The notes under the pieces are model-generated. The model searched no databases. It was given only the letters and a program-made list of their open reading frames with translations, and was not told the origin of the DNA. This document shows positions 1 through 11,073 of a stretch of DNA of 64,000 nt, in pieces (position 1 is the first letter of the stretch; each line of letters opens with the position of its first letter). Both the position numbers and the translations under genes were made by a program. Where the stretch lies: the NCBI RefSeq assembly GCF_009834535.1, contig NC_045696.1, positions 84,570,001 to 84,634,000 of the forward strand, written 5' to 3'. The stretch is from Camelus ferus. Taxonomy: Eukaryota.

Positions 1-139
1 AACCTAAAAAAACTTAGTAAGTCAAAGTCGAAAGCTGGTGATAATTATAATACCCCACAGTGTTATAAGATTTCTAGCCAAATATATTGACAAGAAAAAA
101 TTTTCATTTTTATTTATTTTTTATATTTTGCACTTTACA

Positions 140-274
140 TTTTTTTTTTTTTAATTTTAGGAAAGAGTATACTAAGGTTACCTATTCATTTATTTTTAAT
201 GGCGGTACTAGGGATTGAACCCACGACTTTGTGTACACTAAGCATGCGCTCTACCACTTGAGCTATACCTCCCC
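140..274 (-). mobile_element. tRNA-Ala-derived SINE, Vic-1-like (camelid)
   Basis: Reverse complement reads GGGGAGGTATAGCTCAAGTGGTAGAGCGCATGCTTAG...GGGTTCAATCCCTAGTACCGCCA (Pol III A and B boxes), followed by an AT-rich body and an A13 tail (T-run 140-152). Confidence 0.85.
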
Positions 275-1898
275 ATTTTTAATTTTTTATTAGCTTTGAA
301 CTAAACTTTTTCCCTCTGACCTCAGTTTTGAAGCAAGAACCAGCTAAAAGCAAAACAAATCTCAAGCCTATGTTCATTGTACTCTCATTAACTTTTATAA
401 ATCCAATCAACAAATTTGTGAATGCACTATTTAAACTCTATAATAATCTACATGAGATGCTTAATTACTTATTTCTAAGGACTCTATACTATTTTCAGGG
501 CTTAAAAACTTATTTTGTGTCCAGAGGAGATCATTACTAAATTATATATTATCAATATTTAGAAATATAAAATTAAAAATACATATTCACTTGCTTCCAG
601 AAATGTTATTTCCCTCATGTGTACAGACAGTTAAGTCATTATGACATTATAACAAGATTAGTGGGATAGATGAACCAGAACAGCCTCCTAGGTACCAGAA
701 AACTGCCACATGGCAAAAAAGGAAGACAGCTTTTTTCTAATGACAAGAGTAATGAACTTCTTTATTAACTATTGCTGAAAGTTGGAGTAGAAGCACTACG
801 ACTGATTTCTTAAAATTAAGTACATTTCATGACCTTCCTTATCTTCCAAAATTTAAAAATGGATAATATGAGTATTTTTCTCTTATTAAAAATGGTAAAG
901 ATAGAGAGAGTGATAGAGGTAAGGAAAGAGATACATATTTACGTTCTTAACGCAAACAGGAAGCCAGGGTCTTCAGGCTGCAGGGACGCTGCCTGATTTC
1001 CTCACTTTTAAATGGCTACAGAACAGCAGCTCTGAAAAGTCAAAATTTGGGTTTTTTCTTGTTTTCTTTTCTATCACTGAGATTATGGTTAAGGATGTTA
1101 AAGTTGTGTCTATTGCAAAGACTCAGATTCCTGGATTCTTCTACTTGATTTTCCAAGAGTAAATTTAAAAATGTATCTGCCATGCTATATCCTCAAATGA
1201 CTCAAAGTTAGAAACCAAAACATACTCTGAATATTCTGTTAGAATTGAATATAACCACTTAATCTATCTTAAGACAGCACTTGGAATCTGGAGCATCCCC
1301 ATTCTAAGGAAATTATACTGAGAAAAAGCTAATGGAAAAATATCCACTATTAGGAGATAGCTTCAGTAATTTATGTTATAGCTATATAATTAAATATATT
1401 TTAAGCATTGAAACTTATGATTTTGGGAAAAAAGAGAGACATTGAAAGTTTTTTACAAATTCTGTGAAAAACAAGAAAATAATATAAATAGAAAAATTAG
1501 CAAAAGACATACTCCATAATATTAAGACTAAATATCTCTTAGGTTGCTGAATTTTGATGATGTAGTATTATTTATATTGTGGTGAACATCCAAGTATTCT
1601 ATACTTAGAGAATTTTCATTTTTATTAACATAAAATTACTACTTCAACAAGAGAAGCAACACTTGCTAAAATACAGGATAGAATCCATAGGAAAGCAGAG
1701 GTTAGAGAGTGGGTTCATGGGAAACACATGCTGTGTCTGAGGATTGTGGCTGATTTCACATGGCCAAAGACCTTGTCAGTCAGAACGACTCTTGAGGTCA
1801 TGGGGATGCACAAGTGTCTGTATTTCCACCCATTGCCATCTGCAAAGCTGAAGAGATAGACTGAGGTAAACTGTCTTGACTAAATCTGTTTGTCTAAC

Positions 1899-1939
1899 TC
1901 ACACATTGTATATACTCACATTGTGTATACAATGTGTGA
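1899..1939. repeat. Inverted repeat / hairpin
   Basis: TCACACATTGTATA (1899-1912) and its exact reverse complement TATACAATGTGTGA (1926-1939); extends to 16/17 matches. Confidence 0.9.
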
Positions 1940-2589
1940 ATAACCCAGAGAGAAATTATCTTTTTTTTAGGCATAATTTGTAAGAGTTGGTGATTTCACG
2001 CCTTCCCCAGATGGGCTTTTTACGATGAAGGTCTGGAAAATATATTTTTGAGCATGAAGACTGAATGTAAGTGTTGCTGAGAGTTCAAGGCAGCTTGCAG
2101 ATCATATGAAATGGCACCAGTAAATGTGCCTGTGTGATATATTTTCCAGCCAGCCCAGTCACTCAGAAGAGAGATTGCAGTAGGGATCCAAGGCTGAGGT
2201 CACGGGTGGCTTAATAAAGGCAATGTGTGCGGTGGTTATAACAATGATGGCAAGAAAAACAAGAACCCGGATGCTAGGTCCAGGAACAGGGCTTGTTAAA
2301 GGCAGTCCTTATAACCTAATAAAACAATCACTCTAGAGTTTAAGGGTGATGTGAATGGAAATTAAACAGGTATGGTAAGCTCTACCACATTCTTTCTGCA
2401 ACCTGACAGACCTCAGCCTGTAGTGACAGATTACCATCACCATCATTCTATTTGAGAAATCCTGAGAGGACCAAATAGAATTGAGCAGCTGCACTCAATA
2501 GCCTGCAGCGAACGTCCTCTGTAAACGTTGCCCAGATGTTTCCTGATAGATATTACTAAGATCATATTGTTATAAAACAAAAATGCTGT

Positions 2590-3350
2590 AACTTACATAC
2601 CATTTAATACATATTTTACATTAGAGTTCACTCCTTACGTTGTATAGTTCTGTGGGCTTTGACAAATATAATGTCACGTGTCTGTCATTACAGGAGCATA
2701 TGGAATAGTTTCACTTCCCTATTTATCCCTCCCCTTTGCAACTCCCTGAACCCTTGGCAACCACTGATCTCTCTACTGTTTCTACAGCTTTGCCTTTTAT
2801 AGAGTATCATATAGTTTGCATCATATAATCTGTAGTCTTTGCAGACTGGTTTCTTTCACTTACTAATGTGCTTTTAAGGTTCTTCTGTTTTTTAAATTAA
2901 TCAATTTATTGTTTGTATGTGTGTGTGTGTGTGTGTGTATGTCTGTAGCTTGATAGCTCACTTTTTTATTGTGGAATACTGATTCATTGAATGGATGTAC
3001 CACAGTTTGTTCATCCATTCACCTATTTAAGGTCATCTTGGTTCTTTTCACACTTTGGTGATTATGAATAAAGCTGCTATAAATATTCATATGACTGGTT
3101 TTGTGTGGACATAAGTTTTCACCACATTTTAGTAAATATTTACAAATAAAATTGCTAGGTCATATGGTTAGCTTATGTAAGCATATGGTAAGCTTTGTAA
3201 GCCACTGCTGAACTGTCTTCCAAAGTGGCTATATCATTCTGCATCCCTACCAGCAACAAACGAGAATTCCTCCAGCTCCAAAACCTTTCCTGCATTTCCT
3301 ATTGTCAGTGTTTGGGATTTTAGCCATCCTAATGGTGTATCACAGTCTGG
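2590..3350 (-). mobile_element. Old L1 (L1MC-like) 3'UTR/ORF2 end
   Basis: Antisense L1 motifs ccttggcaaccactgatct, atggatgtaccacagtttgttcatccattcacct, tatgaataaagctgctataaat and cttccaaagtggct; internal (TG)n at about 2917-2938. Confidence 0.85.
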
Positions 3351-4047
3351 GTTATATTTTGCCTCTTTGTTACACTGAAAATATCTTTGCTCTAAAATAG
3401 TATCATTACCTTGATTATTGTGCAACTCTCAGCCACAGCGTTTGTCAGGCTTCTATATCTAACTTCTAATTATAGATCTTATCCATATGCTTCGTTTTTT
3501 GTTGGTCAAAACCTTGTATGAACATCTGAGTCCCCTCTACTTCCCTTTTCTAAATTTGTGACTTATAAATTCGCCTTTCCTATTACTGCCTACTCAAAGA
3601 TCTCTGGGTGTTAGGGGAGTTATTATCTTATCAATGTACCTTTATCTGTTATGTTTCCCATCAGCTCAGTTTTCTTTTCTGATGCATGAAACAAACAAGC
3701 AACCCTTGCCATCTATCTTCCTATTAGCTTGTAGGGGAACATTAGTCTCCAAAGAGAAACCTACATTCTTACCTGCAGTACACCGCACTATCCTCTTTTT
3801 CCTCACACCAGATATCCTCATGTTAGCCCATTAGACAGTTTTTGCCTAATGAAGCTGAGACTAAAACATGCATCTTCTGACTCTTTCAATGTTCATTTTT
3901 CCATTGATCATTAATAATATGGAGATTTTACAAGTGATCTGTTCTATCACCCAGAATTAACTGGGAGAAAAAAAGGAGTAAAGGATATTTAAAAAAATAA
4001 CATATACATCTATTTATTATTTTTCCTTGGGGCACAAATGTTATACT

Positions 4048-4491
4048 TGTTATGGATGGATTGAATTGTGTCTTTACAAAAGATATGTTGATGCCCTAAA
4101 GCCCAGTACCCTAGAAAGTGACCTATATATGCAAATAGGGTCTTTGGGGATGCAGTCTAATTAAGATGAGTCATTAGGGTGGCCCTAATCCAATATGACT
4201 GGTGTCCTTATAAAGAAAGGCCAGAGACACACGGGGATAAAGCCGTGTAATGGCAGAGTCAGAGATCAGAGTGATGCACCTGCAAGCCCAGGAGTGCCGA
4301 GGATCTAGGGCCAGCCACAGTATCTCAAAAGAGGAGAGGAAGGATTATACCCAGAGTCTCACAGAACACATGGCCTTGAGGACACCCTGAGTTTGGACTT
4401 GTGGACTCCAGAACTGTGAGAGAATACATTTCTGCTTTTATAAGCCACCCTGTATGTGGCACTTCATTACCGCAGCCCTAGGAAACCGACA
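4048..4491 (+). mobile_element. MaLR solo LTR, MLT1B/C-like
   Basis: Starts TGTTATGG and ends ACA; contains aagatgagtcattagggtggccctaatccaatatgactggtgtccttataa and ctccagaactgtgagagaatacatttctg...taagccaccc. Confidence 0.9.
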
Positions 4492-5782
4492 CCGGTGTAG
4501 GACAAATTAGAATGTCAGTGAAGCCGTTGTGTTTCCCCAAGACTGCATACTTTAGAGCCAGTCTTCTTCTCCATTTCTCGTTATGGTCAAATACTTGATA
4601 CTATTTTATCTCTTTTTTATTTTTTACCTTAGATATTTTTCCTAGATATTGTCAGTCTAAATTAAGATTATTAGAGTTGTTACCGGGGGGCCAGGGAAGG
4701 GAAAGGAAAGCATATATTTTCTAGGTATGCTATGAAGAACCAGAGGAAATTACCTAAATACCCTCATGAACTCAAATACAACAAAATAATACAAACAAAG
4801 AAATAAACAGGAATTATGTGACTGCTCCTCAAAGATGAAAAAAATCTATAGTTTTGTTTTTCGTGTGTGTTTGGCTTTGTCATTATATGTAATGCCATTG
4901 AAAGCTATTCCTACCTTTTTGGAAGGCAGCTTACTGAAGATAATCAATTGTAAAATCAATACTTACAATTTGTTTTGATTCAGGGGACATTATTTCTCAC
5001 GCCTAAAAAATTTTCCTTTTGTTTACTAAAAAACTAGGGCTCGTATGTCAGTGATGTAAATCTCTGTTTTCTTTCTGTTTTGTCACAATTTGCCTTTCTT
5101 CACACTTGGCTAAATAGACTCATTTCCATTATCTCATCTGATGGCAGTTGCTAAGGTGCTAGTCCTGCTTTCCCTAGTCTTCCTGTTCTCAAAATCAGCG
5201 TTAAGGAAATTCCCAGTGAAACGGCGAAGTTAGAGGCTTATGTTGGTGGGGCTTCTGCCATTCAAAACCTTAATCAAGCACCTCTGATTTCTTTTAAAAA
5301 AATTAGAAGTTGAACAGATAATGGAGATAGCGGCTATTTGATTACGCAGGTCTAATAGACTCTATCTAGGTTTTGGATAACAAATAAATTTAATCATAGA
5401 ACTATAATAATCAATGAAACATAAATAAAGATATCAATTATGACTCACAACAGAGCTGTCAGCTATGCCTTGATCTCTGAATATGTTCCACTTAACATTT
5501 AGTAGCATATTATTTCATCTTTTAATTGCATAAGTCTTGAAGCTTTTTGATATAGATAGTACCAAGTGTTTACACCCATAAAACAATTTCTCAACTGTAA
5601 TTTCACATGCATCCACTACTCCGAGAAATGCAATTTGGGAAACTATTCACTGGCTGCAAAGTTCAATGCAAACAACATACTTTGAGAGGCTACACAGTGC
5701 AGGCACTAATTTACTCCAAGAGGGGAAAAAAAAGCATAGGTATGAGCATGTTGTACTTGTAAGGTATTAAAAGTCTGGCTTT

Positions 5783-5888
5783 GTGCTCGCTTTGGCAGCA
5801 CATATACTAAGATTGGAATGAGACAAAGAAGATTAGCATGGCCCCTGTGCAAGGATGACACACAAATTTATGAAGCGTTCCCTATTTT
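5783..5888 (+). pseudogene. RNU6: U6 snRNA retropseudogene (full length, 5' part of a chimeric retrocopy)
   Basis: 106 nt colinear with U6 (GTGCTCGCTT...ATTAGCATGGCCCCTG...GAAGCGTTCC..ATTTT), with about 10 substitutions by eye, 6 of them at CpG. The whole insertion (5782-5962) is flanked by the 13-bp TSD AAAAGTCTGGCTT at 5769-5781 and 5963-5975. Confidence 0.97.
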
Positions 5889-7099
5889 CCCAAGAAAATG
5901 TTATGGGAGGAGAGTTATGTCAACAATCTACAAAGAAAATTGTGAACTGAAAAAAAATAATAAAAAGTCTGGCTTCATTGGAATGGAAGAGAGTTTTATC
6001 TTGAACTTTAGCAGGAGAGAAGGTAATTTATTCAATCAGGGCCAGATAATGGAGAATTTGACATGCCAGGGCAACATGTTTTGAGCTTCACCTTCTAAGC
6101 AATAAAGTTTGTTGTCATGACTGTGTTTTATAAAATTGATCTAGAGATGGAGTGCAACATACATTAAAGGGGAGAGAGCCTCTAGGAAGGGAGATCAAAA
6201 AAGAAGTGAAGAGACTCTATGCTAGGATGATGGAAAGAGAAATTGAAATGAAGGAATGAATGAATCCAGAATCAACAGGATTTTATAAGAGGTTAGACCT
6301 GGGACTGAAGGTGATTACAGAGCAATGCACATGTGGTACAAATAATAAAGGAATAAAAGTAATTAAGCAAATAATACATATCAGTAATTGTTCACAAACT
6401 GTTTTGCTTGTTATTTTAGTTAAACTTAATAATAAACATACATTTATGACGAAGTTTTTATTATCCACACGTTCTTAGATATGTAATTGAGCATCACAAA
6501 AGTCAAAGTAAGAAATTGATAAAAAGCATATCTGAACCCAGATATTTTGACTCTAAACCCAACAAGTTTTTCTCAATGCAATCCAGCCATTTTTATGTTA
6601 TAATGAAATAAATGATCAAACAAGGCATATATTTCTGACTTTGGTAGGAAGTGTAGATTTTAAGATTAAAAATAAAATCATAGCTAGTTTTTTTCCCTAT
6701 AATTTGATTTCTTCTGTTACTAGAGAGAACAAATATGGTTTTGATCAATTTTAATTTGCTTTCATGGGGTCTTTTATTTTTGCATTTGGATGTTCATATC
6801 TGTATATGTGCAATTAATATGTCTATTGCTTTTACCTATTTTGCTAGTTGTAATTATTTATATTCATTTGTAAAGGAGAGGTACAATTAAAACATAAACT
6901 CTTTGAATGTCTAACTTACCACAAATATATTCTGCTCTTAAAATGTTTTTAGTTTATGCTTGAGAAGATTTGGGAAGTTTATAAAGACAAATTTTTCTTT
7001 CTTTCAAAATACTGATTTTTTTAGTGAATTTTCAAACTTTCATGTCTTCAAAAATAGTATACTGCAGTTTTTCTTAATTTTAGTGGTAGCACCTAAAAA

Positions 7100-7500
7100 T
7101 TGAGAGATGTTGCTTGTACACACAAGCTATCTTGAACATAGTCTTTCCATTTTGGTATCTCTTCTCCTGGTATCTCTTCTTTTTCCCAGGCTGAAGCTAA
7201 AAGCTTCATTTCCCATTGGCCCTTACAACTGGGCTGTATAGAGAACTTGAAGCCATTACATCTTCTCAGAATTAAGAGAGATGATGCGAAGGCTGAGTGA
7301 GGCTGAATAGCTCTTCTGCCAAGGACAGTCATGTAGTCACTTGATCTTCTCTGCAGCAGCTTGGCAAAGGTTCTAGTGTCTGTGGCTGTGGGGGTGTCAA
7401 GAGGAATTTCTGCTAGAATAGCCTTGTAAGGCGATTAGACACTTCTAGATACATCTCTTCGGATGGATTACATGGCTCACTATGCACTAAAAAATTATAT
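7100..7500 (+). mobile_element. ERVL LTR remnant, LTR33-like
   Basis: ggctgaagctaaaagcttcatttcccattggcccttacaactggg resembles the LTR33 motif aagctaaaaactacatttcccagactcccttgcagctaggg; heavily decayed. Confidence 0.45.
7153..7180. repeat. Short tandem duplication (15-bp period)
   Basis: TGGTATCTCTTCT at 7153-7165 and 7168-7180. Confidence 0.85.
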
Positions 7501-7635
7501 TAGCCAACTGGTACTATGAATTAAATCAACTTCTACTTTAATTATCTAAATTTAATCTAGCTATAAGCAAATTCCAACCAATACAAAAAATCTTCTAAAT
7601 TATTCTCTTCTCAGAAAAGATGCAAAAATGTATTC

Positions 7636-8020
7636 TGTAGCAGAGACTACTGCTTTTCTCCTAATATTCATTGTTTCTATTTTCTTAAGTAATAGGTAAA
7701 TCCTAGTTTTTAACTAAATAGAGATCTTTCTAGAATAAAATACTAGAATGGAATTTCCCAATTTCCCTTGCAGTTAGGAACAGCTACATGTACATAAGTA
7801 GAAGACCCATTAGAAATTTTAGTAACTATAATTAAAGGGAGGACACACACTCATCTTTATTCCTCTTCCCTCCTGCTAGCCTTCTGGACCACAAGGTGGA
7901 AGGGATAAAGGAGCAAGACAATGGAGGGAGTCTTAGTCACTGTTGATGGTAGATGTGCATTCATGGTCACGAACTGCTTCCGCCTAGATATCACACATGT
8001 GGAAGAGAAATAAATCTTAA
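7636..8020 (+). mobile_element. MaLR LTR, MLT1J-like
   Basis: Starts tgtagcagagactactg; contains atttcccaatttcccttgcagttagg and ends near gagaaataaatctt. Confidence 0.6.
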
Positions 8021-8039
8021 TTAAGAAAGACTAATTTCA

Positions 8040-8445
8040 GATCTTTGAAACTTCTCTCATTGAAAGGGAGGGTTTATCTTCTCTTTCTTGTATCTGAGAA
8101 GGCTCCGTGACTGATCTGACTAATAGAATATGGTGGAAGTGATTGTATGCAGGTTGCCAGAACCAGGCCAGATCTGGACAGGCAGCACCTGCTTCCTGTC
8201 CTTGGTAAACTTGTTCTGAAAACACAGCTTCCATGCTGTAAGGAAGCCCGAACAGCTCCGTGGAACAATCCACACTGAAGGCCCCAAGATCCCTGAAACA
8301 ACTCACTGCGTTCCCAACTCAGAGTCAATTCCAGCTTGTCTGCTGTAGAAAAGATCTACTTAGATCCTGCAGCCCAGTGAGTCATCCCAGATCATCCTGC
8401 TCGGAGCCTAGACAGGGTGTCCCTCTGTTCTCTGCCCAAACTGAG
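8040..8445 (+). mobile_element. MaLR LTR, MLT1F/G/H-like
   Basis: tgactaatagaatatggtggaagtga, cttccatgctgtaaggaagccc and ctgcccaaactg. Confidence 0.75.
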
Positions 8446-9696
8446 GAAGAAAATGTAACCAGCAGCCAGATGAAAATGTCAACTTGTTCTGGACAAAATG
8501 TCAGTAAAATATTCACACTGACCTTGTCTGAAGATCCTATAAAAGTGCCCAACATCCACCAGTCCTAAATATTATGCCACCATGCAAGGACTCCAGTTAT
8601 GTTGGAAATTTTCTACACCCACAGCCTCTCTTCCCTTTCACATTTTGAGCCTGAATGTAGGTGAGGTGTCAAAATATGTTAGGAAACATAGAAGTGCTTT
8701 GTGATGAAGAAAGAAGGTCAACCTTGCTTATTTTCCCCAATACAAGCTCTCCTACCAAGTGAGGAAAGGGAGACGCATGAGTTTTAAAACATGCTAAAAA
8801 TGTAAAATGTATTACTTTTATTTAGAAGCCATCAATGCAATAAAGTATATTAAAATTTTGCTAGTATGTAACTCCTAATTTTGGAGGTAAAAATTATTTT
8901 ACCAATATGGAGTTATTTTTCAAATTTTAACATAAATTTATAATAAATTTTCTAAAAATAATCTCATTTATTTTGTTTTTATATTCCCTTTCACATTCTA
9001 AATCTAAAGATAATTTTTTTCTTTTTAATAAACTGCACTAATAATTCTCTGTTTAAATAAATCTTTCAACTAAACAACCTATTTAATGAACTATGAAACA
9101 GTAGGATCATTTGAAAAATCTTGTACCATGCCTTTTCTAACATAAACATAAATTAAATAATACATTGTTTGTTTCTGTTTATTGTTCTTTGCCTAAATTC
9201 TTAGGTAGAAAAAAATTTAGTCTCTGTTAAAATGCAAAAAGACCAAAAATTTAAAAAAAAAGATGAAAGAAAACCATTGAGCCATTGAGTTTTTCTCTGA
9301 TGATAAGTTTAAATACATTCTATAAGTTATATCTTTTAAGTGACATCGCTTTCCACACAGTTGACAAATAAACATGTAATTTTCTATCTTTTCTAATGAT
9401 GATTAAAGCAGCTCTTCTTTATTTCAAACTATTGTTGATTTTAGCATAAAAAGTAAGTTATTTTCCATTATATTGTACCTGTACAATTACTACTTTATAC
9501 AGCTTTTCTATTTTTTTTTAATTTTTCATTTTCCACTTAAATAACCACATTTTGTTACTACCCCAGTAGTTATTTAAGATACTAGATTTTTTTCTTATTG
9601 ACTTAGCAGTATCAGTGAGTACAGGCCTGTCTTTAAGACACATTTGCTTGGATAATGGATGGTCACCAACCAAGAGAGTCAACTGAGGGATGACCC

Positions 9697-10850
9697 CAGA
9701 GGCATTGTAAAGAGAAGGTGATGATGAAGCTTAGAGTTTAAGGCTCTGCTTTTCCAGGCCTCTGCTGGCCCCTAGGGGCGTATTTACCTGAAGGTATGTT
9801 TTGGTAAAATTTGCAAAATAAAACAACAATAAAAAAATCTGATTTCCAGAAACAAGTTTAGAATATTTCAATATAACAAATAAGAAAGTACAGAATTCTT
9901 ATTTGAACACATGTGAAGATCTTGTATTTCATTATACTGAGTTTTTTGATAAATAACTGAAAGAAATTCAGATATAAAATTGATATAATAGAACATAAGG
10001 TGGTAAAAATAAATCTATAGAAAATATTTTGTTATTGCAAAGCTGGTGGTAGCAACTAAATAAAAAGAAAAATGGAAATTCAGAAAAAGGAAGAAGTAAA
10101 TATTGAATAGAAAATTCATTAACATATTAATGTGTTGAATAGATAATTCATTTAAAATGTATTGTTTGAAAAATTATAATTCATAAAAAGGGAATAGTTT
10201 AAATAGATAATTATTTTTAAAATCTTATTAACGAAGAGGAATGAACTGTATGAGGACTACAGGAAAAATACACTTCTTGCCAATCTGACACAAAATCCTG
10301 GCATTAACAGAGATTACATAAAACAATAAGCCAAAGCACTCAGAACCTCAACAACTAATTGGTGGATACTTGTCAACTCAAGAGTATTTCAGATTACCCT
10401 CTGCACCTGTAAACTAGAAACAACCTAAAATCTATAATTGCACTTCATATTTGACCCTAAAACTTTACATAACATCATCCATAACAAGTTAGTAAGTTGA
10501 CATGAATTTTTTACATTCGTAGTGATAGAAGATTTTTGATCAACTACAGTAAAAAGTTTAACTACCTTTCTTTTTAGTGTATAGAAAATTAATATTTTCA
10601 GACTTTCCTCACATGAAGAATTTATCAAAGAGATTGTGGCCTAAAGTGTACAGTTAAAAGTTGTAACAGCTTGTTAGTAGTTAATAAAAATAATTGTGCT
10701 ATCTTTCTGAATAACGAGGTGTCTGTGGTACTTGTCAACATTTTAAAATTAGTAATTTGTGTGATTTTGTCCTCATTCTAAATGGTAATAAACCTTTTTT
10801 TCAATCTAATTTTGTGTTTTAAATTCTGTATCATTTCTTAATGATGGCCC
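9697..10850 (+). mobile_element. hAT-Tip100 DNA transposon remnant, Zaphod/MER115-like
   Basis: Left end cagaggca...gatgaagcttagagtttaagg...tatgttttggtaaaatttgcaaaa. A hAT C-terminal-like segment (...SHEEFIKEIVA) lies at about 10540-10640. The right-end sequence ctcattctaaat...ctaattttgtg...tttcttaatgatggccc is cut by an MLT1 LTR. Confidence 0.65.
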
Positions 10851-11073
10851 TTGGATTAGTTATCTATTGCTGCATAACTGGTCACCACGACTCTAGTGGC
10901 TTGAAACACACACATTTATTATCTCATGGTTTTTTGATCAGGACTCAGGGTATAGCATAACTGGGTCCTCTGCTCAGAGTCTGGTCAGACAACAATCAGG
11001 ATGTCAGCAGGACTGCATTCTTATCTAGAAGCCTTAGTGGAGAAGAATCTCCTTCCAAGTTCATTTAGGTTCT
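10851..11073 (-). mobile_element. MaLR LTR 3' portion, MLT1E/F-like
   Basis: attagttatctattgctgcataac...tagtggcttgaaacacacacatttattatctcatggttt...ctgggtcctctgctcag...ttccaagttcatt. Confidence 0.8.

Noticed and set aside
200..274. Functional tRNA-Ala gene on the minus strand
   Set aside because: The anticodon arm is mutated (AGT, broken stem) and it continues into a SINE body and poly-A; this is a SINE head.
1690..2340. Possible ancient LTR or processed pseudogene
   Set aside because: Somewhat GC-richer than background, but I could not identify termini, a family or a reading frame.
5783..5888. Functional U6 snRNA gene
   Set aside because: It is flanked by TSDs, has no evident upstream PSE/TATA promoter, shows CpG decay, and the ACAGAGA box is mutated to ACAAAGA.
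5818..6084. 88-aa ORF
   Set aside because: A chance frame running through the U6 copy, tail and flank; no protein similarity recognised.
7190..7300. Possible exon after the polypyrimidine-CAG at 7187-7189
   Set aside because: The translation is unrecognisable and stops early, no good donor is apparent, and the region resembles LTR33.
8450..8775. Possible Gypsy-like LTR relic
   Set aside because: Resemblance is too vague to call without an HMM search.
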